DNA from: Squalus acanthias
Taxonomy: Eukaryota
Assembly (NCBI GenBank): GCA_030390025.1
Contig: CM059428.1
Span: 131,440,001 to 131,504,000 of the forward strand
Length of the DNA: 64,000 bases
Reading direction: 5' to 3'
Position 1 is the stretch's first letter, and each line of letters opens with the position of its first letter. Position numbers and translations under genes: made by a program. Under the pieces are notes generated by a model that was given only the letters and a program-made list of their open reading frames with translations, did no database searches and was not told where the DNA came from. Of the stretch, positions 1 through 11,950 are shown piece after piece.

Positions 1-129
1 GTGGTTGTGTAAATATGTTTGTTAGACAGAGCTGATTGTTCTTTAAACTTTTTTGTCCATATGAAAGTCACTGATTTTATTTTCACTATTTTATTCGTAA
101 GTAATGGATTTAACACCTTTCACATCAAA

Positions 130-1191
130 ACATCTTAAAGTGAATTACTTTCTGAAGTGCAGTGATTGTTAGGTGGACAAATGCATCCATTCTTCTCCAG
201 CAGAGTCCCACAAACAGACATGAGGTGAATGAACCAATCTACTTTCAAATATAAAGAATGATCAGTCAATCAATCTTTAAGTGATTGTACTTTTCTTTGG
301 CACCATAGGTTCTTTAATGTCCACCAGAACAGACAAATGGTACCTAGCTTTAATGTTTCATCTGAAAGATGGCACCTCTGATAATGCAGCACTCTCTCCG
401 TACTGCATTGGAGTGTTAGTCGAGATATTGGCCCTGAATTTCTGATCGGAGGCCTCCTGGGCAGACGCCTCCGATCGGAAAAAAATCTATGAACCTACCT
501 GCTGGTTCCATAGATCCCGAGGCTTCCGATCCTGGGCCTCTCCGGTTGGAAATGCGCAGAGGCCCAGGTATCCCAGGGGCGCAGGCGGTTCACAAGTGCT
601 CCAGGGATCACGTGGGCCAGGTGAACCAATCAAAGAAGGGAATCTCCCTTCATACTTTTGACAGGTCTGTAGGGACAGAACTGTCAATAGTATGAATGGG
701 GATCACATTTAAAAACACACTAAAACATTAAATAATTTTTTAAAATTACATAATTAAAATTAATTAAAATTCCATTTAATTAAATATTTTAAATTTTAAA
801 AAAAATTGAAGAAAACAATTAAGTGTTTTTACAGGGCTAAAATAAACTGACCGTTTTGAAGAGTATTTTTAATTTATAAATGAGTTATCAAATGTTATTT
901 TTCAACACTCTTAAGCTGGTAAAAGCAGGCCTTACGCCTGCTTTTACCAGCTTTTACCGCCTTTCAGCGGCGCAAGTTGTGCAAAAAGCGCAACTCTCCA
1001 CCCGCAGAGGCACTTTTCCCGGGCAGGCGGATGATCGCATGCCTGAAACCAGCACTTGCGAGGCCCCTATGGGTGTGTACGCACCCGTGGGGGTCAGAAA
1101 ATCCGGCCCAATGTGTTCATCCCCTGATGTGGGCTTGAACAACCAACCTTCTGATCCAGATGTGACAGTGCTATCAACTGAGCTAAGCTGA
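130..1191 (-). mobile_element. tRNA-derived Deu-domain SINE (SacSINE1/AmnSINE-like), split by a MITE
   Basis: Minus-strand tRNA-like head at about 1110-1191 (TCAGCTTAGCTCAGTTGATAGCACT...GTTCAAG) and Deu-like core at 340-425 (TTTAATGTTTCATCTGAAAGATGGCACCTCTGATAATGCAGCACTC); collinear with the more intact copy at 45967-46415. Confidence 0.7.
430..1109. mobile_element. Non-autonomous DNA transposon (MITE, probably PIF/Harbinger-derived)
   Basis: Imperfect terminal inverted repeats GGCCCTGAATTTCTGATC / GGTCAGAAAATCCGGCCC, GC-rich arms with an AT-rich centre, internal hairpins; interrupts the SINE. Confidence 0.65.
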
Positions 1192-1202
1192 AGCACAAAT
1201 GA

Positions 1203-1340
1203 CAGAAAATGCTGGAAATACACATGGTTCACTGCTGAACTTGTCTTTTTCTCCTCGCAGATGCTGATGGGTTTGCTGTGTATTTCCAGCAGTTTCTGTT
1301 TTTAATTTTAGATTTACAGCATTTGTAGTTTTTTTTTGCT
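1203..1340. repeat. Palindromic remnant of a common elasmobranch repeat (probably a Penelope-like terminus)
   Basis: CAGAAAATGCTGGAAATACAC ... GTGTATTTCCAGCAGTTTCTG inverted pair; related copies at about 12328-12545, 23390-23505 and 27343-27418. Confidence 0.5.
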
Positions 1341-1579
1341 TTACCAATGATCCACAAACAAGTGATTCCCATACCAGGTGTCGTATACAAAATTGATATT
1401 GTATGCATTATTCCAAATTAGTAAAATGAAGTTAATTTAATTCCTTGGAAGCAAGTAATTTGTATTGAAGGTTAAAAAAGTGACATTCTACAAAAAAACT
1501 CTCTTGCTTGTTTGATTTCAGCATTTGGCTTGCTTGTTACTAGGTTTGTGTACTTTATTTATAATGTTTATATCATATA

Positions 1580-4110
1580 AATGCAAGTTATTATTCTATG
1601 ATACCTTTCATGTAGAAAAATGTTCCAAGGTGCTTCACAGAAGCATAATCAGACAAAAATCAACATCAAGCCAAAGAAGGAGATATTAGGATGGGTGACT
1701 AAAAGCTTGGTCAAAGAGGTGGGTTTTAAGGAAGGTCTTAAAGGAGGAGAGGGAGGTGGAGAAGTTTAGGGAGGGCTTCCAGATCTATGTGCTTAGACGG
1801 CTGAAGACATGGCCGGTGGGGCAAAGGGAGAAAGGGATGCACAAGAGGCCAGAGTTTGAGGAACACAGTTCTCGGAGGGTTGTAGGGCTGGAGAAGGTTA
1901 CAGGGATAGGGAGGGGTGAGGCCATGAATGGATTTAAACATGAGGGTGAGAATTTTAAATTTGAGGTATTGGGGGATTAGCAGCCAATCAATGAATAGTC
2001 AGTGAGCACGGGGTCAGTGGGTCTTAGTGCGGGATAGGATACGGACAGTTTTGGATGAGCTGAAGTTTATGGAGAGTGGAAGATGGAAGGTCAGCAGGAG
2101 AGCATTGGAATAGTCGAGTCTGGAGGTGACAGGTTTCAGCAGCAGATGGCCAGGGGTAGCGGTGGGCAATGTTGCAGAGGTGGAAGCTTGTGATGCAGTG
2201 GATATGAGGTTGGAAGCTCAGTTTGGGGTCAAGCTGGCTGTCAAGATTGCAAACAGACCGGTTCCATCTGAGACAATGGCTGGGGAGGGGAATGGAATTG
2301 GTGGCTAGGGTATGAAGTTGTGGTGGAGGCCAAAGGCTCATCGGGACAACAAAGGAGAGGCGTTAGAGGAGGATGCTATGGTCAATGGTATCAAAGCCTG
2401 CAGAGAGCTCAAAAATGATGAGGTGGGATAGTGCACCACAGTCACAGAGGATGCTACTTGTGACTTTGATTAGGGTCATTTCAATGCTGTGGCAGGAACG
2501 GAAAATGAAGATCGGAGGTGACGACACGTTCAAGAATTTTGGAGAGGAAAGGGAGGTTGGAGATTCGAGAGACAGTTTGCAAAGACAGAAGGGTCGAGGG
2601 TGGGGATTTGAGGAGTGTGTGATGACTGTGGTTTTGAAAGGGAGTGGGTCACTATCTGAGGAGAGTGAAGCATTTACAATGTCTGGGAGCATAGGGGCTA
2701 GGAAAGGATGTTGGGTGGTTAGCAGTTTAGTGGGAATGGGGTCAAGAGAGCGGGAAGTGGGTCTCGTGGACAAGATGATCTTAGAGAAGGCATGAGGGGA
2801 GATAGCAGAGAAACTAGAGAAATACGCGGTCTTGGCTGCAGCAGGGGGAGCCTTGGAGGAGCTTGACGGCTGAGGGGAAAGGGGAATGTGACAGAGGCAG
2901 TTGGACAGATGTTCTCAATATTACTAACAACAACTTGTATTTATATAGCGTCTTTCATGTAAAATGTCCCAAGGTGCTGCACAGGAGTATTATAAGACAA
3001 AAAATTTGACACAGAGCCACATAAGGAGAAATTAGGGCAGGTGACCAAAAGCTTGGTCAAAGAGGTAGGTTTTAAGGAGCGTCTTAAAGGAGGAAAGAGA
3101 GGCAGAAAGGTTTAGGCAGGGAATTCCAGAGCTTAGGGCCTAGGCAACAGAAGGCATGGCCACCAATGGTTGAGCGATTATAATCAGGGATGCTCAAGAG
3201 GGCAGAATTAGAGGAGCGCAGATATCTCGGGGTGTTGTGGGGCTGAAGGAGATTACGGAGATAGGAAGGGGCGAGGCCATGCAGGGATTTGACAACAAGG
3301 ATGAGAATTTTGAAATTGAGGTGTTGCTTAACCGGGAGCCAATGTAAGTCAGCGAGCACAGGGGTGATGGGCAAACGGGACTTGGTGCGAGTTAGGACAT
3401 GGGCAGCTGAGTTTTGGATGACCTCAAGTTTACGTAGGATAGAATGTGGGAGGCCAGCCAGGAGTGCGTTGGAATAGTCAAGTCTAGAGGTAACAAAGGC
3501 ATGGATGAGGGTTTCAGCAGCGGATGAGCTGAGGCAAGGGCGGAGACGGGCGATGTTACGGAGGTGGAAATAGGCGGTCTTCGTTATGCTGCGGATATGT
3601 GTTCGGAAGCTCATTAACAAAGAACTCCATGCACTCTTTGTACTTGTTTTTGGAGATGATAGTGGAGGAAATGGTGGCGATATAAGGAGGCAGCTGGTAG
3701 TGGAGAAAAGAAGCCAGGGTTATCTTTTGCTTTTCAGGGTGATCCTGGAGTAGTGAGTGGTTTTGGCAGAGGAGAGGAAGGCCCAATGGTGCTTGATGTG
3801 TTCCAGCCGGAACTGGCGGCGGATGACTAAATCAGTTGTGTGCCAGATATGCTCAAGACTGTACCCTTGGACTTGAGGGTGTGAAGACAGATGGTCATAA
3901 CAGAGGGAACAGCCAGGGTGGGAGAGAGTAAGGATTTTACTGGGGACAAGGGCATCAAAGGTGGAGGTTAGGGAGTGATTGAGCAGATTGACAACTGCAC
4001 AAGTGACAAAGGCTAGACAGTTGGGAGTTTGTAAGTGCAGTTGTAAGTGGCTTACGGAAGAGTTTATTCCTGAGGAGAATTTATTCCAGGGCAGACACAG
4101 AAGGAAGTGG
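1580..4110 (-). mobile_element. Decayed L2-clade LINE
   Basis: Minus-strand fragments SLDPIPTKLL, LSAGFDTIDHSILL and FKSIHGLTPPY resemble L2 reverse transcriptase; many stops and frameshifts. Confidence 0.8.
2928..3615 (-). mobile_element. Younger 5'-truncated L2 LINE nested in the older L2
   Basis: Open 178-aa ORF 3084-3620 (HIRSITKTAYFHLRNIARLRPCLSSSAAETLIHAFVTSRLDYSNALL...LHWLPVKQ) and its own 3' tail at about 2928. Confidence 0.85.
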
Positions 4111-4432
4111 GTTTGGAAGGGGTTAACGGAATATGGATGATGAGGGATACACTGAGGTGGTCAGAGATAGCCTTGTCAGTGAGTCGAAGTTGTACAAAGT
4201 GGCTTGCCCTACAATTTATGATGAAGTGCTTGGACCCCACTCGACATCTTTCTGTGACCAAGTTCAGAACTTTACACATGTGGTTAGAAACTCATATCCT
4301 CCCATTTTGGCACAGCACCAGTAGGCAATATTTAGTTTTCCGTTAATACACTTGGCAGCTTGTGATCTAAGAGTCTTTGATGATATCACTTATGTATTTG
4401 ATTTAAGATCAATATTACTGTTGTATTCCAAG

Positions 4433-4541
4433 GTACTGGCATCGATCTCTGAACCCCAGGAAGCTGGTGGAAGTGAAGTTCTCTCATCTCAGCAGAAACA
4501 TGACTTTACAAAGAACCATGAAGCTCTACAGGTTACCAGAT
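4433..4541 (+). CDS. NMT2: N-myristoyltransferase 2, internal coding exon
   Basis: AG/GT-bounded 109-nt exon: (R)[36 protein letters not shown]; upstream exons lie outside the window. Confidence 0.96.
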
Positions 4542-5050
4542 GTAAGCAGCTCAAACCACTTGCATCCTAAAATAGATGCTACGGAGATAGTGAAGCCCTT
4601 TCTAATTGGCTTCTTCTTGTCCCTTTCATACAGCATTTATTTTGTGAGTGGAGAATTGAACAGTTTCAGAACAATAATATTTTGCATCATGTTCAGTTGT
4701 CCATCTTAAATTGTACTGTACACAGACCATACTTTTATTTTGTGCACTGCAATATTTGTTGTGTCAAATTATTAGGAAGCAAAATTCCTAGCAGCTAAAA
4801 GAATCATCTTTTAAAAATATTCTGTGGTGCAATTGTTGGAAAGTCAGTATTTCTGTATTTTTTCATTAAATATAAAATATACACTCCTAGCAGTTAGTGG
4901 ATGTGTTTATATTGCTACGGCATGCTTTCATATAAAGGTACAACATAGACTGATGGTATGAAGTGAGGCTAAACTGCATCTTGGTTAGAAATGGCAATAC
5001 CAAATTCTGTTTATCTCAATGATAATTCCATTATATTTCTTTTCTGCTAG

Positions 5051-5221
5051 ACCCCCAAGACAACAGGTTTGAGGCCAATGGAGCAAAAGGATATAAAAAG
5101 AGTACAAGAGCTGCTCTTTAATTATCTAAAGCAGTTTGAGCTTGCTCCAGTGATGAGTGAGGAAGAAGTGATCCACTGGTTATTGCCCCGTGAAAACATT
5201 ATTGACACTTATGTGGTAGAG
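5051..5221 (+). CDS. NMT2: N-myristoyltransferase 2, internal coding exon
   Basis: 171-nt exon [57 protein letters not shown]; ctag acceptor, gtaatg donor. Confidence 0.96.
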
Positions 5222-6214
5222 GTAATGCAATGCTGTTGTGTGTCTGTATACTTAATGACATTCTGTTTTAAAAAAAAAAAAAAAAATTATAATAAAAACA
5301 CTTTACACCCAACCCCCATCCCTTGACCGTCATCTAGGCTCAACATGAAAAATAGCCACTTGGGTGAGGAGTTGGAGGCCTTTTATCACCTGTGAAATTG
5401 TATCCTAGCACCAATCATGGTCTTTTGGGGGGAAAGGAAAGAGAGAAATTACGTTAAACAAAGCTAAGCAGAATTTTTTGTTGAAACAGGTACTTATTTT
5501 GTTTTTGAAAATTGTAAGTTATGCACTTGAAAAGAAGAATGGCTTATAAGGCAGGCTTATTGTTGTGGTTCATACGTAATGTTTAGAATACAATCTAGTA
5601 AGTGTTTACTCAGAATTGGGTTTGTTTCAAAAACTTAGGCACTATTTAAACTCATGCTGAGAATGTTTGCAGGAAAACAAGCTATGTTGTCAATATACCA
5701 CTGTTGAACAGCAGAAATATTTTCAAGTAACCTTTAGCAATATATTTAAAAAGCAACCACTTCATTTGATAGAGAACATGGAGTATTCTTGTTAGAGAAT
5801 TGGCTGTCTTTTACCATCTTACTGCCATGTCAACAATATTGAAATGAAGTGAGTAATACATTGTATATTGACAGTTGAGGAATGCAGTAACATTTCTGCA
5901 GAAGAATGGAAAATACCAGAATTTTAAGTTAACTCAAATTAATTTGAAATGTGCCTCTAATATGCAGAAAATAATTTATTGCAGATGCACTTTCCTTTTG
6001 TAAAATGTTTGCTTTGAAAGAGAAAATGGACTTTCCATCTTCAGTGGTTTAGCAGTAAAACAGTAGAATGGATTAGTAAATTTAAGACCTTTTTGGTCCA
6101 CGTATATTTCCATAGTTAAGGATATTCATGCAAGCTTAGTTTTATCTTTCTGTCAAGTATCTCCATATTGAACATAACAGCACTAATTGTTACTAAGAAA
6201 TGCACTTGAGACAT

Positions 6215-9000
6215 TGGGGTTTATTTTTGTCCCCCAGTGGGAAATTGTCAGGAGGCGGGCAGGGTAAGAGCAATGGCTGCCTGGCGCACTTGGTGGTTCA
6301 TGCCTCATTTGCATGGTTGAGATGAGCTAGCAGCATGAAACATGCTCCCCATAGGCAACATGCCAATTAGGAGGTGGGAAATCGGGTGCTGCTGCGGGTT
6401 CTTGAAACTGAGCAGCAGCTAAGGGGGGGGTGCATTTTTTGTGGCCAACTCAGGGAAGCAACACTGTGGAGCTGCAAGATGATGTCTCAGGATAGGAAGA
6501 GTTCCAACAGGGCCCTCAGTTTTTCAGATACACCTGTATAGATTCTCGTGGAGGAAGTCGAGAATAGAAAGGAGGTCCTCCCACCCCTCAGATGGCTGGC
6601 GGATACCAAGACAAATCTATGGAACAGGCTTCCTGGGGAGACAGAAGCAGTGATTCATTCAAATTCAAATTGGAGAGATTTTTTTTTTTAGAAAATAACA
6701 TTTTGGGATACAGTATATGTGTAATTTGAGACATGAGCAGTAGTAACTGTAGCATGCTTGGTAGGAAAAAAGGTGACTTTGAACCTTCTCTCCGCCACTG
6801 GGATTTTCCTCGTGGCATTTCTGGGTCAATTGATAGAGATTTATTGATATGATTAGTCAACAACTCCATTATCATTGTATCATGCGACTACCAGGATTGT
6901 AGAAGACGAACTAGATGGACATTGGTCTTTTTTTATCTAGCGATTCCTATGTTACAAATTGGTGAATGTGATAAGAATTTTATCCAGGATCTAGCTGCAA
7001 TGCAGAAAGAAATATAATGGTCTCACCGGAAATGTCAAGGTGAGACTCCCTTGCACACCTCGCATGCTTTCTACACAGCCCCACAGGACCCTCTCTTAGC
7101 CTCAGCACTGCCAATCCTTCCCTTCTTTCACCATGGCTGTCCATAAGTCAGCAGGGAAATCTTTACTGCACCTCCTTTCTGCTTGCACTCACACCCACAA
7201 GTATTGCTACTAACCTCACAGATACTTCTCCATTGTGATCTCACTTGCTGCTTCTTCCTGTCATCATGCACTCTATGGTAAGCTGACTCTTGCATGTTGA
7301 GGGTTGAAAGCCTTGCCCAGAGCACACATTAACCCACTTCCACTCTACAACCTTCTCCTGCAAGAACACAACAGGAGGGAGACAACCAGCAAAGGAAAAG
7401 GTTCGGCCATGCTGCAAACATTCACTCCTATGGAAGAGGCCACCAATGACATCATAGGAAAATGCACAGCAGTCAGCATTGGAGATGAATAGGCTGGAGG
7501 CCTGAACATAGCAGGCTTTGTTGGCATCTTCCCTTTCTCGTTACACTTAATTCTTTCAATCACACATTCATAATTGTATACTGCATATGAGTGTTAAGTG
7601 CACTGCCACTGATCTGCTAGTGCTTACCCTCCCAACTACATTCTAACCCTGTGTCATTTAGATAGTAAAGGGACTGCATTGGGGATTTGACCAGGCACAA
7701 GTGAGCAGGTGGAGGTGGCAAAAAGACCAAGCCAAGAGCTAACTGGAGGGGCAGCTCATGCTAACTTTGCTGAAGAGGACAGAGATGCAGACTTCAACGA
7801 CCCAGCATTTAAAAAAAAAAAATGATTTCTTTCTGTGCACCAGCAGTTGCTGAATTCATTGGCCTGCCTGATAATATGGTGGAGTCCACTACTAACTTGT
7901 ATGTGGTTTTCATGTCTGGCATCGAACAATCTACAGTCACCTCAGTGGCCATTACAGCTGAGCCCCCACCCCCTGCAGGAGTCTAACACGAGTAATAGCA
8001 TCTCTCAAGGATGCGTAGACTGGGCAATGCAGGCTCGGGGCTCAACCATCTCCTCCGCCTTGAAAAGCCTGGGTAATCAAGCGGATAGGGGCTTCTCTTA
8101 GATTGCCAATCTCAGAGTTTGAGGTCCTGCAGATCACTAGGTGTGCTGAGCCGCAGCCTAGTTGCATTGTGTGAAGGAGCCTGCATGGTGATATGGGTGC
8201 AGTCAATGACACGCTGGACTTGAGGGAATCCTGCAATCTGTGCAAACTTTCTTTAGCAAACTAGGCATCAGTCACTTGCTTCATACAAACATGGACTGCA
8301 GACTGATTGATGTTGCTGATACCCCTTGTGGTAGTGGGAAGGAGCCAGAAGCAAAGAAGTTCAGGGCTGCAGTGACCGTGATTGCAACTGGCAATGCTGC
8401 GTTTGCTGTGCCAGTTGGTTGCAGGAGGTGGCACAACTCTTGTCAGTCTCCCTGAAGAACTGAAGCCTTTTTATGCACTGTTCCTTGGAGAATTGCAGTT
8501 ATGTTCTGGGCTTCTAAACTCTGTTAAGGTAAAGATTCCTCTCTGCATGCTTCCTTCTATTTGTTCCAGCTGTATGCTTCTTCCTCCAGCTCCTCTTCCT
8601 CCTCCTGGACTAGGATTCTTAGAAGGACCCCTGTCAAGAAATAACTGCAATGTCAGAAGTCCCTTAACAAATCAGAACATACAGTAGCAACTGTAAGCAC
8701 TTTCAAATCCTTTAAGGTGAAAAAACCCACACGCTACTGCAAGAAAAATGTCTCCAAAAGTTCTATACAGCTTTATCTGAGGATTGCTTTAAAGAGCATT
8801 TGAACTGGGCACCTCAGAATCTGTACTGCACTTGGTTGATGGGTGGGAGCAAGATTCGTCAGGTGGTGAGGTTGCAAAATGACACCGGTGTCAAAATTAT
8901 GTTGTTGATGTAATGACATCACTTGACTGCAATTTGAATATATTTACAAAGCTCCTGCCTATTTCAGATGGGAGTTTTGGCTGCCAGGATTTATGCCCCT
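6215..9000. mobile_element. Decayed PIF/Harbinger element (Myb/SANT gene on +, transposase on -) in an NMT2 intron
   Basis: Plus strand: FSDTPV*ILVEEVENRKEVL (about 6520-6580) and HNRRETTSKGKGSAMLQTFTPMEE (about 7366-7440). Minus strand: VAITVTAALNFFASGSF...ISNINQSAVHVCMKQVTDA (about 8265-8390), HARBI1-like. Confidence 0.7.
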
Positions 9001-9056
9001 TTGAAAATCAGGCGAGCTGTAAAAATAGCAGCATCTGCGTGGGAGAAACGGATACT

Positions 9057-10497
9057 TAGGAACATGAGTAGGCCATTCAGCCCCTCGAGCCTGCTCCGCC
9101 ATTCAGTTAGATCGTGGCTGATCTGCACCTCAACTCTATTTACCTGTTGTTGCTCCGTATCCCTTGATACCCTTGCCTAACAAAAATCTCAGTTTTGAAA
9201 GCTCCAATTGTCTTAGTATCCACAGCCTTTTGGGGAGAGCGTTCCAGATTTTTACTACCCTTTGTGTGGGAAAAGTGCTTTTCTGATTTCACTCCTGAAT
9301 GGCCTAACTCTAATTTTAAGATTATGTTCCTTTTGTGTTTGTATCTACCCTATCAAATCCTTTTAACATTTGAAACACCTCAATCAAATCATCCTTTAAT
9401 CTTTTATACTCAAGGGAGTACAAGCCAAGTTTATGCAGCCTGTCCTCATAATTTAACCCTCAAAACCTGTTCTTGTGAATCTGTGCTGCACCGCCTCCAA
9501 GGCCAATATATCCTTCCTGAGGTGCAATGGCCAATACTGAACACAGTACTCCAGATAGAGTCTGACCAAAGCTCTATACAACTGAAGCATAACTTCCCCT
9601 TTGTATTCCAGTCCCCTTGAGATAAAGACTAACATTCTATTAGCCTTTTTGATTGCTTTTTAGAAACATAGAAACATAGAATCTAGGAGCAGGAGTAGGC
9701 CATTCGGCCCGTCGAGCCTGCTCCACCATTCAATACGATCATGGCTGATCATTCAAATCCAGTACCCTGTCCCTGCTTTAATCCCCACTGTACACATATC
9801 CCACCCTACCCCCGTAACCCCACGTATTTAATTCCCCCTAACATATCCCAATAACCCCACATATTTAATCCCCCCCTAACACTAAGGGTCAATTTATCAT
9901 AGCCAAATCAACCTAACCCGCACATTTTTGGACTGTGGGAGGAAACCGGAGCACCCGGAGGAAACCCACGCAGACACGGGGAGAATGTGCAAACTCCACA
10001 CAGACAGTCACCCGAGGTCAGATTCGAACCCGGGTCTCTGGCGCTGTGAGGCACCAGTGCTAACCACTATGCCACCGTTTTGCACCTGACTACTAACATT
10101 TAATGATTTGTATACTTGGACTCCCAAATCTCTGCTCCTCTACAGTTTTCTCACTATTTAGAAAATATTCCAATTTATCGTTCTTGGGTCCAGAGTGTAT
10201 GACCTCACACTTGCCCACATTGAACGCTATTTTCTATATTTTTTCCACTCACTTAATCAATCTATGTCCTTTTGTAACTTCCTGCCCTCATCTGCACAAC
10301 TTACTGTCCCTCCTAACTTAGTGCCATCTGCAAACTTGGATATACAACTCTCTATTCCTTCATCCAAGTCATTGATAAATAAGGTGAAAAGTTGAGGCCC
10401 CAGAACAGATCCCTGTGGAACACCACTTGTCACATCCCGCCAATCTGAGTACATGCCCTTTATCCCCACTCTCTGCTTCCTATCTCCCAACCAATTT
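9057..10497 (-). mobile_element. 5'-truncated CR1 LINE (RT C-terminal half)
   Basis: WRDVTSGVPQGSVLGPQLFTLFINDLDEGIESCISKFADGTKLGG and LYRALVRLYLEYCVQYW; 3' end at about 9057. Confidence 0.9.
9661..10078 (-). mobile_element. HE1-like V-SINE inserted in the CR1
   Basis: tRNA head (GGCATAGTGGTTAGCACTGG...GGTTCGAATC), V-domain (GTGTGGAGTTTGCACATTCTCCCCGTGTCTGCGTGGGTTTCCTCCGGGTGCTCCGGTTTCCTCCCACAGTCC) and CR1-type tail with TTCTATGT repeats. Confidence 0.88.
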
Positions 10498-11329
10498 CAA
10501 ACAGAATAATGAAATATGGGGGAAAAATAAAAATATATATATTTTTTTAAGTCGTTCAAAAAAAACGCAGCAGGAGTACTTCATTGTCGACCTGAGAGTA
10601 TCCAAATCCTCCATCACGTAAACCCTGGATAGGCAGTGATGTTGGAATATTAATATTTCCCACCATATTTCATTATTCTGCACCCTGGCTAAGAGTGCCA
10701 GTAACTGACCCGCTCTGTTGTCTACCAGCATTACTTTTGAAGCATTGTGAAGGCAGGTTAGTTTATTTGTTGAGTTTCCTTCCCTCGCCCTGTAAATGGC
10801 TAGTTGGAGATTGAGAACCATGGTAAGTGGTTCTCCAGGAAAATAATTTGGGAGTGATTATTGATCATAGTCCAAAATAAATATAAGAAAATGCAGAAAC
10901 ACATTAAAAGGGTGATGCGCTTCTTTTAAATCCCTTGGTTTCTTACAAATTTCTTCCATCAAAATGCCCATATATGTGGCAGCACGCCTGGTTCACATGC
11001 AGTTTTACATATCTGAACTAGTGGTCCTTTGATATGGGTGAAGCTGACTCAACCTTTAATCACCCTGTTATCTACCCTTCTACAAACTAAAGTAACCAGG
11101 TTTCTCTGACTGCCATCACAAGGTCTCCGCACCATTCTTTAATTAAGTTTTAACGAGGTTAGTACCATATATGGATATTTTCAAGGTTTAGAGTGTGCAG
11201 GTGGAATCTATCTTTTAAGAGTGTTGATGAGGCTGAGAATTAAATCTTTTGGCTACATTTGTGTGCTATTTCTTTAGAATACTGGAATCAGCATTCAACA
11301 TTTTAACCCTTGTTCACCCATGTCTTCTA

Positions 11330-11950
11330 ACCAGGAGACAGAGGTTCGAACTGGTAAAAGGTAAATTTAGGACTGATATCGGGAAGTTCTTCATGTATAG
11401 AATAGACTTCCAGATAAAATAGTGGAGGTGAAAATCTTGGAAGCATTTGAGGTATAATTGGGTGCTGCAATGTGCAGATTTTAGTATCTTTTTGGATGGC
11501 TGAATTTGAATGGTCTTCATTTGGATCATTTGGATGGATGAAGTTATACGGACTGAATGCCTTCATCATTTGTAACTGTTTGTGATTGTTTGAAAGCATC
11601 TGGTCAAGCAAATCAGGTACTTGGAGGGCATTGGACTAAAATCAAAACAAGTTATACTGACATTGTAGTGTCAATGATGAGGCCAATTCTGGAATATGGG
11701 ATGCAGTTTTGGTTGGATTACCTCAAAAGAGATATAGATGCATTAGAAGAGGTTCAGAGAAGTATCCAGGATGATTCCAGGCCTTGTGGGGGACCAAGTT
11801 ATAAAGAGAAGCTAAAGTAACCAAATTTATTTTCACTGAAGAAAAGACTGAGGTGAGACATGATACAGGTCTTCCAAATAATAAAGAGCATAGCTGAGGT
11901 GGAATTAAAGAAGTTACTTATCTTGGATAATGAGTTCAGAACTAGAATAC
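11330..11950 (+). mobile_element. Old CR1 fragments
   Basis: RPILEYGMQFW...DIDALEEVQR and MIQVFQIIK motifs plus CR1 3'-UTR-like sequence. Confidence 0.7.

Noticed and set aside
10000-10078. tRNA-like sequences here and at 43650-43724 and 46345-46415
   Set aside because: They are SINE heads continuous with SINE bodies, not standalone tRNA genes
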